From a virus (lineage: Duplodnaviria; Heunggongvirae; Uroviricota; Caudoviricetes), in IMG/VR virus record IMGVR_UViG_2740892118_000012, positions 1 to 46,795 of that record: a DNA stretch of 46,795 bases, one strand, 5' to 3'. The translations under genes were made by a program, and so were the position numbers. A model generated the notes under the pieces. That model was given only the letters and a program-made list of their open reading frames with translations, had not been told where the DNA came from and made no database searches. Shown here piece by piece: positions 1-8,353 of the stretch (position 1 is its first letter; every line of letters begins with the position of its first letter).

Positions 1-3000
1 ATGAAAAAAAATTCTTTAAATGTGATTTTGGATACTGTTTTCTCGGCGAAAAGCATCAATGGTGAGAAATCTCATTCTTTTATATCGTATAAATTAGTTA
101 AAGCTGTAGAAAATTTAAGTGGATATGACTTGGATCTTTTCCTCAATCGTGCGATAAACCATCCTAACTTCCCTAGCAATATGGATTTTTCCTTACGAAC
201 AGTTTTTACAATTGAACAATCTAACACTATTGAATTTAAAAATTTCATTTCAGAATTGGTGTGGTACAAGCATATTTTCATACGATATAAAAAACACCTT
301 AATGATATATTATCGGCAAAGGCAAGACTTGAGAAGTTAGTTCTTTTCGCAACAGGTAGTGAATGTATAAAATATTTAGATGAAATAGAAAGCTCTTATG
401 GAGTTAGTTTTTGGAGCATTGATGCTCGTCTCTTAATAAATAAAGTTTTGCTTAACGAAAGCAATGGGTTATATGTTAAATCAATTCTATCTAAAACCCA
501 CTATAAACTTACAGAGTTTATGTTACAGCAGCTATTATTTAAGCATCAAGTACATAACTTTGATGATTTTTCAAAGAACCTTATAAAAATACTAGATGAT
601 ATGCGCACCACTCAAGATAATGGGTATGCTAGAAATTTAGCTGATGGTATTTCATCCTTTTTAATACCTTTAGAGTTTGATAAAAATATAGATCTCAAAA
701 ATAGAACCTTAGCACCATTTACCAACCTTCCTTTAATAGATCAATTTATCATATTCCAGAGAACTATAAGCGATTTACAACTTCATGGAAATGGTTTAAG
801 AAATAGCGAGTTAAGCTTAATTGCAGAAATTAACAGCTTTATTAAAAATAACTATCTCAACAATATTTTAGATGGAAGAGAGCGTAATATAGAGAATATT
901 GATGAACACTATAAAAGTGTTATTCGACGTTATACTATAGGTGATTATACTGGGTGTATTTCAGAAATAAATTCAGTTCGAACGCAGAAGACAATTTTGC
1001 CATTAATTGAAATATATGCAAAATCCCATGTGTATCTTGATAAGAAAATTTCAGACTCATGCATATTCAATAAATTAACAAACTGGCTTATAGCAATTAT
1101 AAAATGCGACAGACGCGCTGGAAAATACATCGATGAATTTGAACTTTTAGCATCTAAGATATATTTCAATTCAAATTCATCCTCTCTATTCTTCACATTA
1201 TATAATTTAATAAGTGATAACCATAATAAATTAAACATATCTCGTATAAATCTAACCAAAAATGGTTCCTTTGTAACATCCCTTCATTTGAATATAACAA
1301 TCAAGGAACTATGGACTGAACTTGGAATAAAAGAGAATGAGATACCAAAATATCGATTATTTAAATTCAAAGACCTAGCAAATCTATCCTTTGATGAAAT
1401 CAAAAAACACTACGAAGTATACAATGATAATGTAATAATTCGCTCTGAATATTTAAAAGATTATACTAACTTTTTATTAGAAAATGAAAAGTATGAATTA
1501 TGCATCCAATTTATAGCTGAAAACTGCATCGGCAACCCCGCAAATTATTACTACTTCCCAATCCGAAAAATAATTGATTTTGTAAAAGACAATATTTTTG
1601 ACTATGCAAGCGTGGCCTTATCTATATTGATAGATATTTTTGTCAAAAGCACATCAAACACTTCAAATGAGCTTCTTCTCGAAAGTTATGAGAGTTTAGT
1701 AGATATTTCAAATATTAATAGGCCATCTACCCATTATTGCTCTAAGCAATTAACTCCATTAGAGCACTATTTCCTTAAGTTTATCTGTATACCTTCCGTG
1801 ATGGATTCAGACCCTTCATTCACAGGCACGGACGACTTGAAGAAGGAAAGAATTGCTATTATAGATCTATTATTAAAAGAACACGATGATGCAGATTTAT
1901 TGAAAGAGAAAGACGAAATTATAGATGAAATATCATTCGAAGAAATAAAAACAAAATATGAGACAGGAAAAATATTTGTTGATATAGAAAATTTAAAACG
2001 GGCAAAGCTTGAAAGATACAGATATTATTTTGATGCACTTAAGGATTCGCTTATTCTCGGACTAGAACCACCTGAAGACTTTGCTTTAATTACAGACGAT
2101 GGGAATATCACAGCCATTCCATCTGGCGATACAAACTCTATAATCCATGAACTTCTAAAAGAACTAATCTCCGATTTTGTTAAAAATGAAAATTACGGTC
2201 TTGATAAATATTTGAGTGCAGATATACGGCATGGTGTTTTTGAAAATCAACTCAGATCAAGTGCTGAAAAATCGCAATTAATAACTGATATGGATGGTAC
2301 TGGACAGTATTCGAAAAGCAATTTAATTATTGAGACATATCCATTAATTAACCCTATTATAAATAACGAAATAGGGACAGCAATAGCTGATTTCTCTTAT
2401 CACTTTGACATTGAATTGGCTAAAGCCAATTCCTGGTTCAATGTCAAGACAATGCTCATAAGTGAATCACAGCAAGGTATGATTGATTTCCTCATTTCTG
2501 TTGATATGTTTAATTCATTTAAAGCAGCAGTTTCAAATCAAGCATCTTTTGAGAAGTTTTTTGACGCTTGTATTAACTTCATGTGGGAAAGAACGTTCAG
2601 ATGTTTGAATGATATTAAAGAGCGATTGCATTACGAATTTAAGAGGAATATTTTAGATTTAATTGCCACTCTTAGGCATCAAATTGATATCTATAGAAGA
2701 CGTAGTTCCATGAGAGAAATCCAGGAGAAAATTGACCTCTTGGCCGAAAGCATTAATAAAGAAATTGCAACAGTCTGCGATTGGTTAAATGTACTTGAGT
2801 ATAACGAGGAGAAAATATATAAAATATCATCCGTGATGCAGGCATGTAGGAAAACTTTTTTTAATATACACCATTGTTCTGATGATGCTATCGTTTTTGA
2901 TTCAATGTATCATGATGATGAACCAAAATTATCTTATAAAGAAGCCAAGCCTCTAATCACATCAATAATAACAGCGTTAAACAATGCTATGGCCTATGGT

Positions 3001-3276
3001 AATAAAAAAATCTTTATCAGTATTAAGCCTGAAGAAAAGTCATGGAAAATAACCATCAGAAATTTGATAATTGAGACAAAGAACAGAACTACCAACCAAA
3101 TTTTACAAGAGATTGATGATAAAATAAAACGAGGGGATAATAGTCTAAATATAAAAGAAGGCGGAGCTGGAATATATAAAATATATGATTTATTATGTTC
3201 ATTACCGCAAAGATTTAATGTGAATCATTGCATCCAAAATAACGAATTCATTTTAAATATTGAGATAAAGAAATGA
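1..3276 (+). CDS. Large sensor-like protein with C-terminal histidine-kinase-type (GHKL) ATPase region; first gene of a Detocs-like three-gene phosphorelay cassette (DtcA-like). ATG at window position 1, so the N-terminus may be truncated by the window edge
   Basis: ORF 1..3276 (1091 aa). C-terminal ~200 aa carry an N-box-like 'ITALNNAMAYGN', a glycine loop 'EGGAGIYKIY' and a candidate H-box 'ATLRHQID'. No Walker A P-loop seen. Stop overlaps next start (ATGA at 3273-3276). Strongly AT-rich. Confidence 0.6.
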   Translation: MKKNSLNVILDTVFSAKSINGEKSHSFISYKLVKAVENLSGYDLDLFLNRAINHPNFPSNMDFSLRTVFTIEQSNTIEFKNFISELVWYKHIFIRYKKHLNDILSAKARLEKLVLFATGSECIKYLDEIESSYGVSFWSIDARLLINKVLLNESNGLYVKSILSKTHYKLTEFMLQQLLFKHQVHNFDDFSKNLIKILDDMRTTQDNGYARNLADGISSFLIPLEFDKNIDLKNRTLAPFTNLPLIDQFIIFQRTISDLQLHGNGLRNSELSLIAEINSFIKNNYLNNILDGRERNIENIDEHYKSVIRRYTIGDYTGCISEINSVRTQKTILPLIEIYAKSHVYLDKKISDSCIFNKLTNWLIAIIKCDRRAGKYIDEFELLASKIYFNSNSSSLFFTLYNLISDNHNKLNISRINLTKNGSFVTSLHLNITIKELWTELGIKENEIPKYRLFKFKDLANLSFDEIKKHYEVYNDNVIIRSEYLKDYTNFLLENEKYELCIQFIAENCIGNPANYYYFPIRKIIDFVKDNIFDYASVALSILIDIFVKSTSNTSNELLLESYESLVDISNINRPSTHYCSKQLTPLEHYFLKFICIPSVMDSDPSFTGTDDLKKERIAIIDLLLKEHDDADLLKEKDEIIDEISFEEIKTKYETGKIFVDIENLKRAKLERYRYYFDALKDSLILGLEPPEDFALITDDGNITAIPSGDTNSIIHELLKELISDFVKNENYGLDKYLSADIRHGVFENQLRSSAEKSQLITDMDGTGQYSKSNLIIETYPLINPIINNEIGTAIADFSYHFDIELAKANSWFNVKTMLISESQQGMIDFLISVDMFNSFKAAVSNQASFEKFFDACINFMWERTFRCLNDIKERLHYEFKRNILDLIATLRHQIDIYRRRSSMREIQEKIDLLAESINKEIATVCDWLNVLEYNEEKIYKISSVMQACRKTFFNIHHCSDDAIVFDSMYHDDEPKLSYKEAKPLITSIITALNNAMAYGNKKIFISIKPEEKSWKITIRNLIIETKNRTTNQILQEIDDKIKRGDNSLNIKEGGAGIYKIYDLLCSLPQRFNVNHCIQNNEFILNIEIKK

Positions 3277-3722
3277 AAATTCTTCTTGTTGAGGATATTG
3301 AATATAAGCGTGATAAGGTGATCGGTTTACTAGAGTCTATTTCTGCCGATGTATCAGTCGATGTAGCTAAATCTTATGTTTCGGCAGTAAATTCCGCAAC
3401 CAGTAAAACTTATGATCTTATAATATTAGATATGAGCCTTCCCACTTACGATAAGGGGCCTAATGAAAATGGAGGTCGCTTCAGAGTGTACGGAGGGAAA
3501 GATATTATTCGCAAGTTAATGAGAGGAAAAGAGCATCCAGTAGTTGTGGTTTTAACACAACATACAACTTTTGGTGAAATTGGTGAGCAAAAAAATACTG
3601 ACACTCTATCACAAGAGTTGAATGCTTTAATGGGATCAAAATTTATAGGTATTGTAAAATATGACTCAACTAAACCTCAATGGAAAGATGAAATAAAAAA
3701 AGTCGTACAGGATTTGTTATGA
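3273..3722 (+). CDS. Stand-alone response-regulator receiver (REC) domain protein (DtcB-like)
   Basis: 149 aa. REC signature: N-terminal 'ILLVEDIE' acidic pocket, 'DLIILDMSLP' with phospho-acceptor Asp, 'VVVLTQ' Thr, downstream Lys. ATGA overlap with both flanking genes. Confidence 0.7.
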   Translation: MKILLVEDIEYKRDKVIGLLESISADVSVDVAKSYVSAVNSATSKTYDLIILDMSLPTYDKGPNENGGRFRVYGGKDIIRKLMRGKEHPVVVVLTQHTTFGEIGEQKNTDTLSQELNALMGSKFIGIVKYDSTKPQWKDEIKKVVQDLL

Positions 3723-4882
3723 TTAAAATATTAATAGTTGATGACAATAAATCTAGAATTGAAAAGCTAAAATCTAGCTTAACTGAACTCATCACAAAAA
3801 ACATGATAAGGATTGATGAGAAATATACAAGTGACGCCGCAAAAATCGCGCTCAAGTTAAATCAATATGATTATTTAATTCTTGATGTCTTTTTACCTAA
3901 AAAAGATAACTATAGCCCAGATGAAAGAAATGGATTAGGTCTTTTAAAACAAATAAATTCAGATTCTAAATTTTACTCTCCAAAAAAAATAGTTGGCATA
4001 ACTGCATATCTGAATGATATATCCAGATATGAATCCGAATTCAGAGAATATGCTTCAATTATATTCGAGGCTCGACGTAATGATACTGGATGGCTTGAAT
4101 CACTCAAAAAAATCATTGAAAAGGATGTTGAATCTCAAGTAAGTTATAATCTCAATGAAAAAGATAGTGTTTTAATAACAGTACACGGTATAAGAACCTA
4201 CGCACCTTGGCAAAATACCATAGAAGAAAAAATAACCAATATATCAAATAAATTTAACTATATAAAATTCAATTATGGTTTTCTAAATATTCTTTGTTTT
4301 TTATTCCCTCCGACTAGACATCTATTTGCAAGAAAAATAATCCAAGACATACGAATTACAGTGGAATCAAATAAGAATAAAAGAATTTATATTATTTGTC
4401 ATAGTTTTGGTACCTACCTTGTATATTGTGCCTTAAGTAAACTGACACATACGGATGCAAAAATTGAATGTTTAATTTTTTCTGGTAGCGTATTAAAACG
4501 TACTACCTCATTGAAAACATTAAAGCAACATTGTAATGCAATAATAAATGACTGTGCTGTAAGTGATTATATTTTATTACTATGTAAAATGTTAGTCATT
4601 GGCTTGGGCGATGCAGGCAGAAAAGGGTTTATTGAGCCAAATGATGGTGTTTTCATTAACCGCTATTTTAAAGGAGGACATTCAACTTACTTCGAAGATA
4701 AAGATTTCATAGAAGTGAACTGGCTTCCTTTAATTTTTGACAATAAAAATATCGCGTCACGAGATGAAAGAAAAAATCATATTTTTTCCGATGTCACCAA
4801 TGCTTTGCAAAATATAATTGAATATTTAAAAATACCAATATGGTTATTTTTTTCTTTTTTATTGATAGCACTGGTATTATAA
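3719..4882 (+). CDS. Receiver (REC) domain fused to alpha/beta-hydrolase-like (serine esterase/lipase-type) domain with C-terminal hydrophobic anchor; putative effector (DtcC-like with non-PNP effector)
   Basis: 387 aa. N-terminal REC ('ILIVDDNK', 'DYLILDVFLP', 'IVGITAY'). C-terminal part has 'LITVHGIRT' (oxyanion-hole HG), 'IICHSFGT' (nucleophile elbow x-H-S-x-G), 'DAG' and 'GGHST' (candidate acid/His), ending in hydrophobic 'IPIWLFFSFLLIALVL'. Confidence 0.65.
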   Translation: MIKILIVDDNKSRIEKLKSSLTELITKNMIRIDEKYTSDAAKIALKLNQYDYLILDVFLPKKDNYSPDERNGLGLLKQINSDSKFYSPKKIVGITAYLNDISRYESEFREYASIIFEARRNDTGWLESLKKIIEKDVESQVSYNLNEKDSVLITVHGIRTYAPWQNTIEEKITNISNKFNYIKFNYGFLNILCFLFPPTRHLFARKIIQDIRITVESNKNKRIYIICHSFGTYLVYCALSKLTHTDAKIECLIFSGSVLKRTTSLKTLKQHCNAIINDCAVSDYILLLCKMLVIGLGDAGRKGFIEPNDGVFINRYFKGGHSTYFEDKDFIEVNWLPLIFDNKNIASRDERKNHIFSDVTNALQNIIEYLKIPIWLFFSFLLIALVL

Positions 4883-4905
4883 TATCACTGCACATTAAAA
4901 ATCAT

Positions 4906-4933
4906 ATTGGAGCTTCCCTCATAAAGCTCCAAT
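4906..4933 (+). terminator. Perfect 10-bp inverted repeat hairpin (ATTGGAGCTT-N8-AAGCTCCAAT) downstream of the cassette; possible terminator or protein-binding site
   Basis: Seen directly; lies 24 nt after the stop at 4882 in a convergent AT-rich intergenic region; no clean U-run follows. Confidence 0.3.
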
Positions 4934-5361
4934 ATAAAACACCATCATTTCAATAGTACCTGCAGCTAATTAAAACTAGTCAACCGAAAACATTAATCAC
5001 TTTAAACTTTAGTATGCACTTATACTTTCTTAATAATAGAAAAACACTTACAAATAAATTAATCATGTCAATCTCCGTAACTACAACCTCGGAAAGTATG
5101 TAAACAGGAATCATTACTGAAAAAAACACGATTTCAGCAGAATTCTAGAAATATCCTGTGCTGCTGCCGATACCAACTTTCGTATATACTACCCTTCACG
5201 TTCCTTCTCGTTTTTATAAAACTATTCATTTATAACTATCAATAGGCATCATAACCAATGTAAGTGTAAGTACTGGTGAACGAGTGTCAATGGAGTTAAA
5301 AGTATCACTTCATCCTGCTAAATATAAGTTATCCTACGTTTTAATATACTAGAACTCAAAA

Positions 5362-6327
5362 TTAGAATGGTTTGTTAATATTAATAGATTTACCATTGAT
5401 ATCTTTTGACACCTTAAAAAAATCTATACCTTTTATCCACTGACATAACTGTTGTAGTGTTTCCATTGCCTGTTCTAACTCATTTTTTTCAATTCTAACG
5501 CCCCCATGATGGCTACAGGAATTTAATAATTCCTGAGCTAGAGTGATGTCATTCTTCAGCTTATTAGGCAGACCGAGAAAATTAATCACCCTCGACAAAC
5601 TCCCAAGCATTAACTTTTGATAGTCTTCTTCAAATTCCTTTTCAGCCCTAATATTTACTAACATCAAAACATACTCAAGATAACGCCGTGCTGTATTTCC
5701 CTTTTCTTGTAACGCATCTCTATCATACTCTTTAATATCACTCAATTCCTGTAGTAGAAAATCAAACTTAGCTATTGCCAAGTTAAGATTGATGTTATGC
5801 ATTAGCAATTCGGATGCATGATTGCTAACAGGTACACGATTTGGTGGACGTATCATTATAGCCGTCGTGTAACAATTTATATTTGGTATCTGTATAAATT
5901 CCTCACCGGAACGCGTAACACGTTGAACTTCTACCATATAGTGGCCAAATTTATCAATCTCATATGACCGACAACGAGCAGAATATAATTTATTTAGCTT
6001 TTTCCTGTCTTGATAATATGATTTTATTAATACAAAAAATGCTCTTTCGTGCTCAATAATTAAAATAGTCTCTATTGAAGCATGGTACAACCATCCGTTA
6101 TTCCATGTTAATTCAAGCTGTCTATTTCCATCTTTAAAATCAATTTTAGTTATACGATCCCAACTTCCTCTATCAATAAAATCGACAATATTGCGCCCAA
6201 ATCCTTGATAGTTATTTTTAACAATGTGCAATAGTACTGCCTTTATTTTATCCCAATCATGAATTTCTTTTTCATATTCACCATTTAATATATTCGTTAA
6301 ATCACTGTGAAAATTTTCATATGTCAT
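5362..6327 (-). CDS. Hypothetical protein (321 aa), AT-rich island cargo adjacent to integrase; no recognised domain
   Basis: ORF with ATG start at 6327; AT-rich codon usage like the cassette; convergent with the cassette and co-directional with the integrase. Confidence 0.55.
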   Translation of the reverse strand: MTYENFHSDLTNILNGEYEKEIHDWDKIKAVLLHIVKNNYQGFGRNIVDFIDRGSWDRITKIDFKDGNRQLELTWNNGWLYHASIETILIIEHERAFFVLIKSYYQDRKKLNKLYSARCRSYEIDKFGHYMVEVQRVTRSGEEFIQIPNINCYTTAIMIRPPNRVPVSNHASELLMHNINLNLAIAKFDFLLQELSDIKEYDRDALQEKGNTARRYLEYVLMLVNIRAEKEFEEDYQKLMLGSLSRVINFLGLPNKLKNDITLAQELLNSCSHHGGVRIEKNELEQAMETLQQLCQWIKGIDFFKVSKDINGKSININKPF

Positions 6328-6428
6328 AAGTATCTCTTTTTAGATAAAATTGGATTTCGACAAGTAGACGTTGATAACAACAAGACTGGTTAGATAATTT
6401 AATCATTGATGCAACGTTTAGCGTTGAA

Positions 6429-7613
6429 TCAATTGACATCATTACCAATTCTTCCAATGCAATCAGCATACCACTGCATCATCTCCCTCCGCCCTTCCAG
6501 ATACAAAGCATGGTTGTACGTCCCACGAATCGCATTCTTATCGACATGCGCAAGCTGGGTTTCAATCCATGCCGTATTGAACCCTTCCTCGTGCAAAATC
6601 GTACTCATCGTGTGACGGAAACCATGCCCCGTTACCTTCCCCGTATACCCAATCCGTTTGAATACCTGATTCATACTCGCTTCACTCATCGTCTTGCGGG
6701 GATCATTTCGCCCTGGGAATACCAGTGGATATTGCCCAGATATCACCTTGAGTTGTTGTACGATTTCCAGCGCTTGGGTAGATAGGGGGACAAGGTGAGG
6801 CCGTTTCATCTTCATACGCTCTGCAGGTATTTCCCACACTGCTTTTTCAAGATCAAACTCACTCCAGAAAGCACCTCGTAGCTCGCCAGTACGAACTCCT
6901 GTAAGGATCAGCAGACGAGCGGCAAGAACAACTAACGGGCTTCCTGTGTAGCCTGCGAGAGCTTTAAAGAAGTCTGGTAACTCCTCAACAGTAAGGAAGG
7001 GATAATGCTTCGATTCATGCCCTGACATTGCGCTGGTTAGATCCGCTGCAGGATTGTATTCCGCACGACCGGTAACGATGGCGTAACGAAAGACTTCACT
7101 GCAACGCTGGCGAACCTTCTTGGCCTTCTCTGTCGCGCCACGGCTTTCCATTCGACGTAGCACATTCAGCAGAACCAAAGGCTTGATGTCATTCACCGGC
7201 AGTTGGCCAATATAAGGGAAAATATCTTTATTGAAGGCTTCGATAATGTCGGAGGCATAACCTTCTGACCACCGGCTCACCTTCGTTCCGTGCCATTCAA
7301 GTGCCACAGCCTGAAACGTATTATTGAGCTGCACATCGCGAACCAACTTTTCTTCTTTCTTGGCAAACGATGGGTCGATACCTTCGGCCAGCTTTTTCTT
7401 GGCTTCATCACGCAGTGCCCTCGCTTGTGCAAGGGACACTGCCGGATAGACACCAAAAGCCATACGTTTCTCTTTTCCATTGAAGCGATATTTCATCCGC
7501 CAGTATCGAGAACCAGAAGGAACAACTTCAAGATACAAGCCTGCACCATCTGCTAGCTTGTAGGCTTTCTCTCTGGGTTTAGCAGCATCTACCTGTCGAG
7601 CATTAAGCTTCAT
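6429..7613 (-). CDS. int: P4-type tyrosine integrase (site-specific recombinase)
   Basis: N-terminal 'GLYLEVVPSGSRYWRMKYRFNGKEKRMAFGVYPAVSLAQAR' (P4-int N-terminal domain); C-terminal catalytic 'HGFRHT' and 'RGTYNHALY'. ORF track starts at a GTG at 7652; ATG at 7613 has RBS AGGGAG ~9 nt upstream (ATG at 7622 also possible). Confidence 0.9.
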   Translation of the reverse strand: MKLNARQVDAAKPREKAYKLADGAGLYLEVVPSGSRYWRMKYRFNGKEKRMAFGVYPAVSLAQARALRDEAKKKLAEGIDPSFAKKEEKLVRDVQLNNTFQAVALEWHGTKVSRWSEGYASDIIEAFNKDIFPYIGQLPVNDIKPLVLLNVLRRMESRGATEKAKKVRQRCSEVFRYAIVTGRAEYNPAADLTSAMSGHESKHYPFLTVEELPDFFKALAGYTGSPLVVLAARLLILTGVRTGELRGAFWSEFDLEKAVWEIPAERMKMKRPHLVPLSTQALEIVQQLKVISGQYPLVFPGRNDPRKTMSEASMNQVFKRIGYTGKVTGHGFRHTMSTILHEEGFNTAWIETQLAHVDKNAIRGTYNHALYLEGRREMMQWYADCIGRIGNDVN

Positions 7614-7776
7614 TGGGGGCATCTCCCTGGACCGAACACAGAATGCCCCCACTTATGCCCCCAACTGCGACTTGATTTCGGTTGAGTCCAGTTGATAACA
7701 GGAGATAAGATACGGGCCAGAAACCGCAGTATACGGGCTTTTAGTTGATTTCGGTAGACTTGGGAAGAGTTTGAAA

Positions 7777-7822
7777 TGGTGCCGATAATAGGAGTCGAAC
7801 CTACGACCTTCGCATTACGAAT
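7777..7822 (-). tRNA. Partial tRNA-Thr (anticodon CGU, thrW-like) 3' fragment of 46 nt, anticodon loop to CCA end; not an intact tRNA gene; attachment-site core repeat
   Basis: Reverse complement reads TTCGTAATGCGAAGGTCGTAGGTTCGACTCCTATTATCGGCACCA (anticodon loop, T-arm GGTTCGACTCC, CCA end). Identity to the recalled tRNA-Thr sequence stops 5' of this; flanked by phage DNA on one side. Confidence 0.75.
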
Positions 7823-8053
7823 CTGTAGCACCAATCATAACTATCTGTTTTAGCAAGCATTAACCGCATTCACCAAGCAATAGTTGATGGCACAAACAGA
7901 AAGTTGATGCATGATGTTGTCATGTGTATGTCACAAATACGGCACAACGATCTTCAAACATGTAGCCACTCAGCATAGAAGAGCACAAAGCCTTGCAATC
8001 CAGTGCAAAGCTTTGTGTGTCTCAGTTTTGTTTCATCGGTAATTATGTGTTCG

Positions 8054-8353
8054 CTACGATGCAAGAATCCATACCAATAAGCATCCGATAATTGGGAAAG
8101 AAAAATCCAACAGACTTCCCACATCCCACACGCGTGGATCAAAACCTCCCCACCACGGCATGTTGATGCGTTTCCCTTTCCCAAACTTTTCTATCCAGCG
8201 ATATTCTGCCTGGGTGTGTTCACGCGCAATGAAGAACGTACAACCGGCTATCGCACCGTAAGCCCAGTTTCCGGTAGAAAGGCCAACCAGTACCTGAGCC
8301 GCAAAAGCGCAAAGCGAGTGAAGAAATGGAGTGACATCAATGCTCTTAATCAT
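8054..8353 (-). CDS. Small hypothetical membrane protein (about 3 hydrophobic segments) immediately downstream of tailspike
   Basis: 99-aa ORF, start overlapping tailspike stop; hydrophobic stretches '[12 protein letters not shown]', '[13 protein letters not shown]', '[14 protein letters not shown]'. Confidence 0.35.
   Translation of the reverse strand: MIKSIDVTPFLHSLCAFAAQVLVGLSTGNWAYGAIAGCTFFIAREHTQAEYRWIEKFGKGKRINMPWWGGFDPRVWDVGSLLDFSFPIIGCLLVWILAS

Noticed and set aside
1-3276. Gene 1 as an ATP-dependent helicase or restriction-type NTPase
   Set aside because: No Walker A (GxxxxGK[ST]) or helicase motifs seen; the C-terminus instead resembles a histidine-kinase ATPase fold.
6406-6785. 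Plus-strand ORFs overlapping the integrase
   Set aside because: Antisense to a clearly conserved integrase coding sequence.
7777-7822. Possible intact tRNA-Thr gene
   Set aside because: Only the 3' 46 nt (anticodon loop to CCA) match; the upstream sequence does not form the D-arm or acceptor 5' strand, so this is an att-core fragment.
7954-8184. 76-aa ORF near the att site
   Set aside because: Overlaps the better-supported 99-aa membrane ORF in another frame and has no RBS or motif support.
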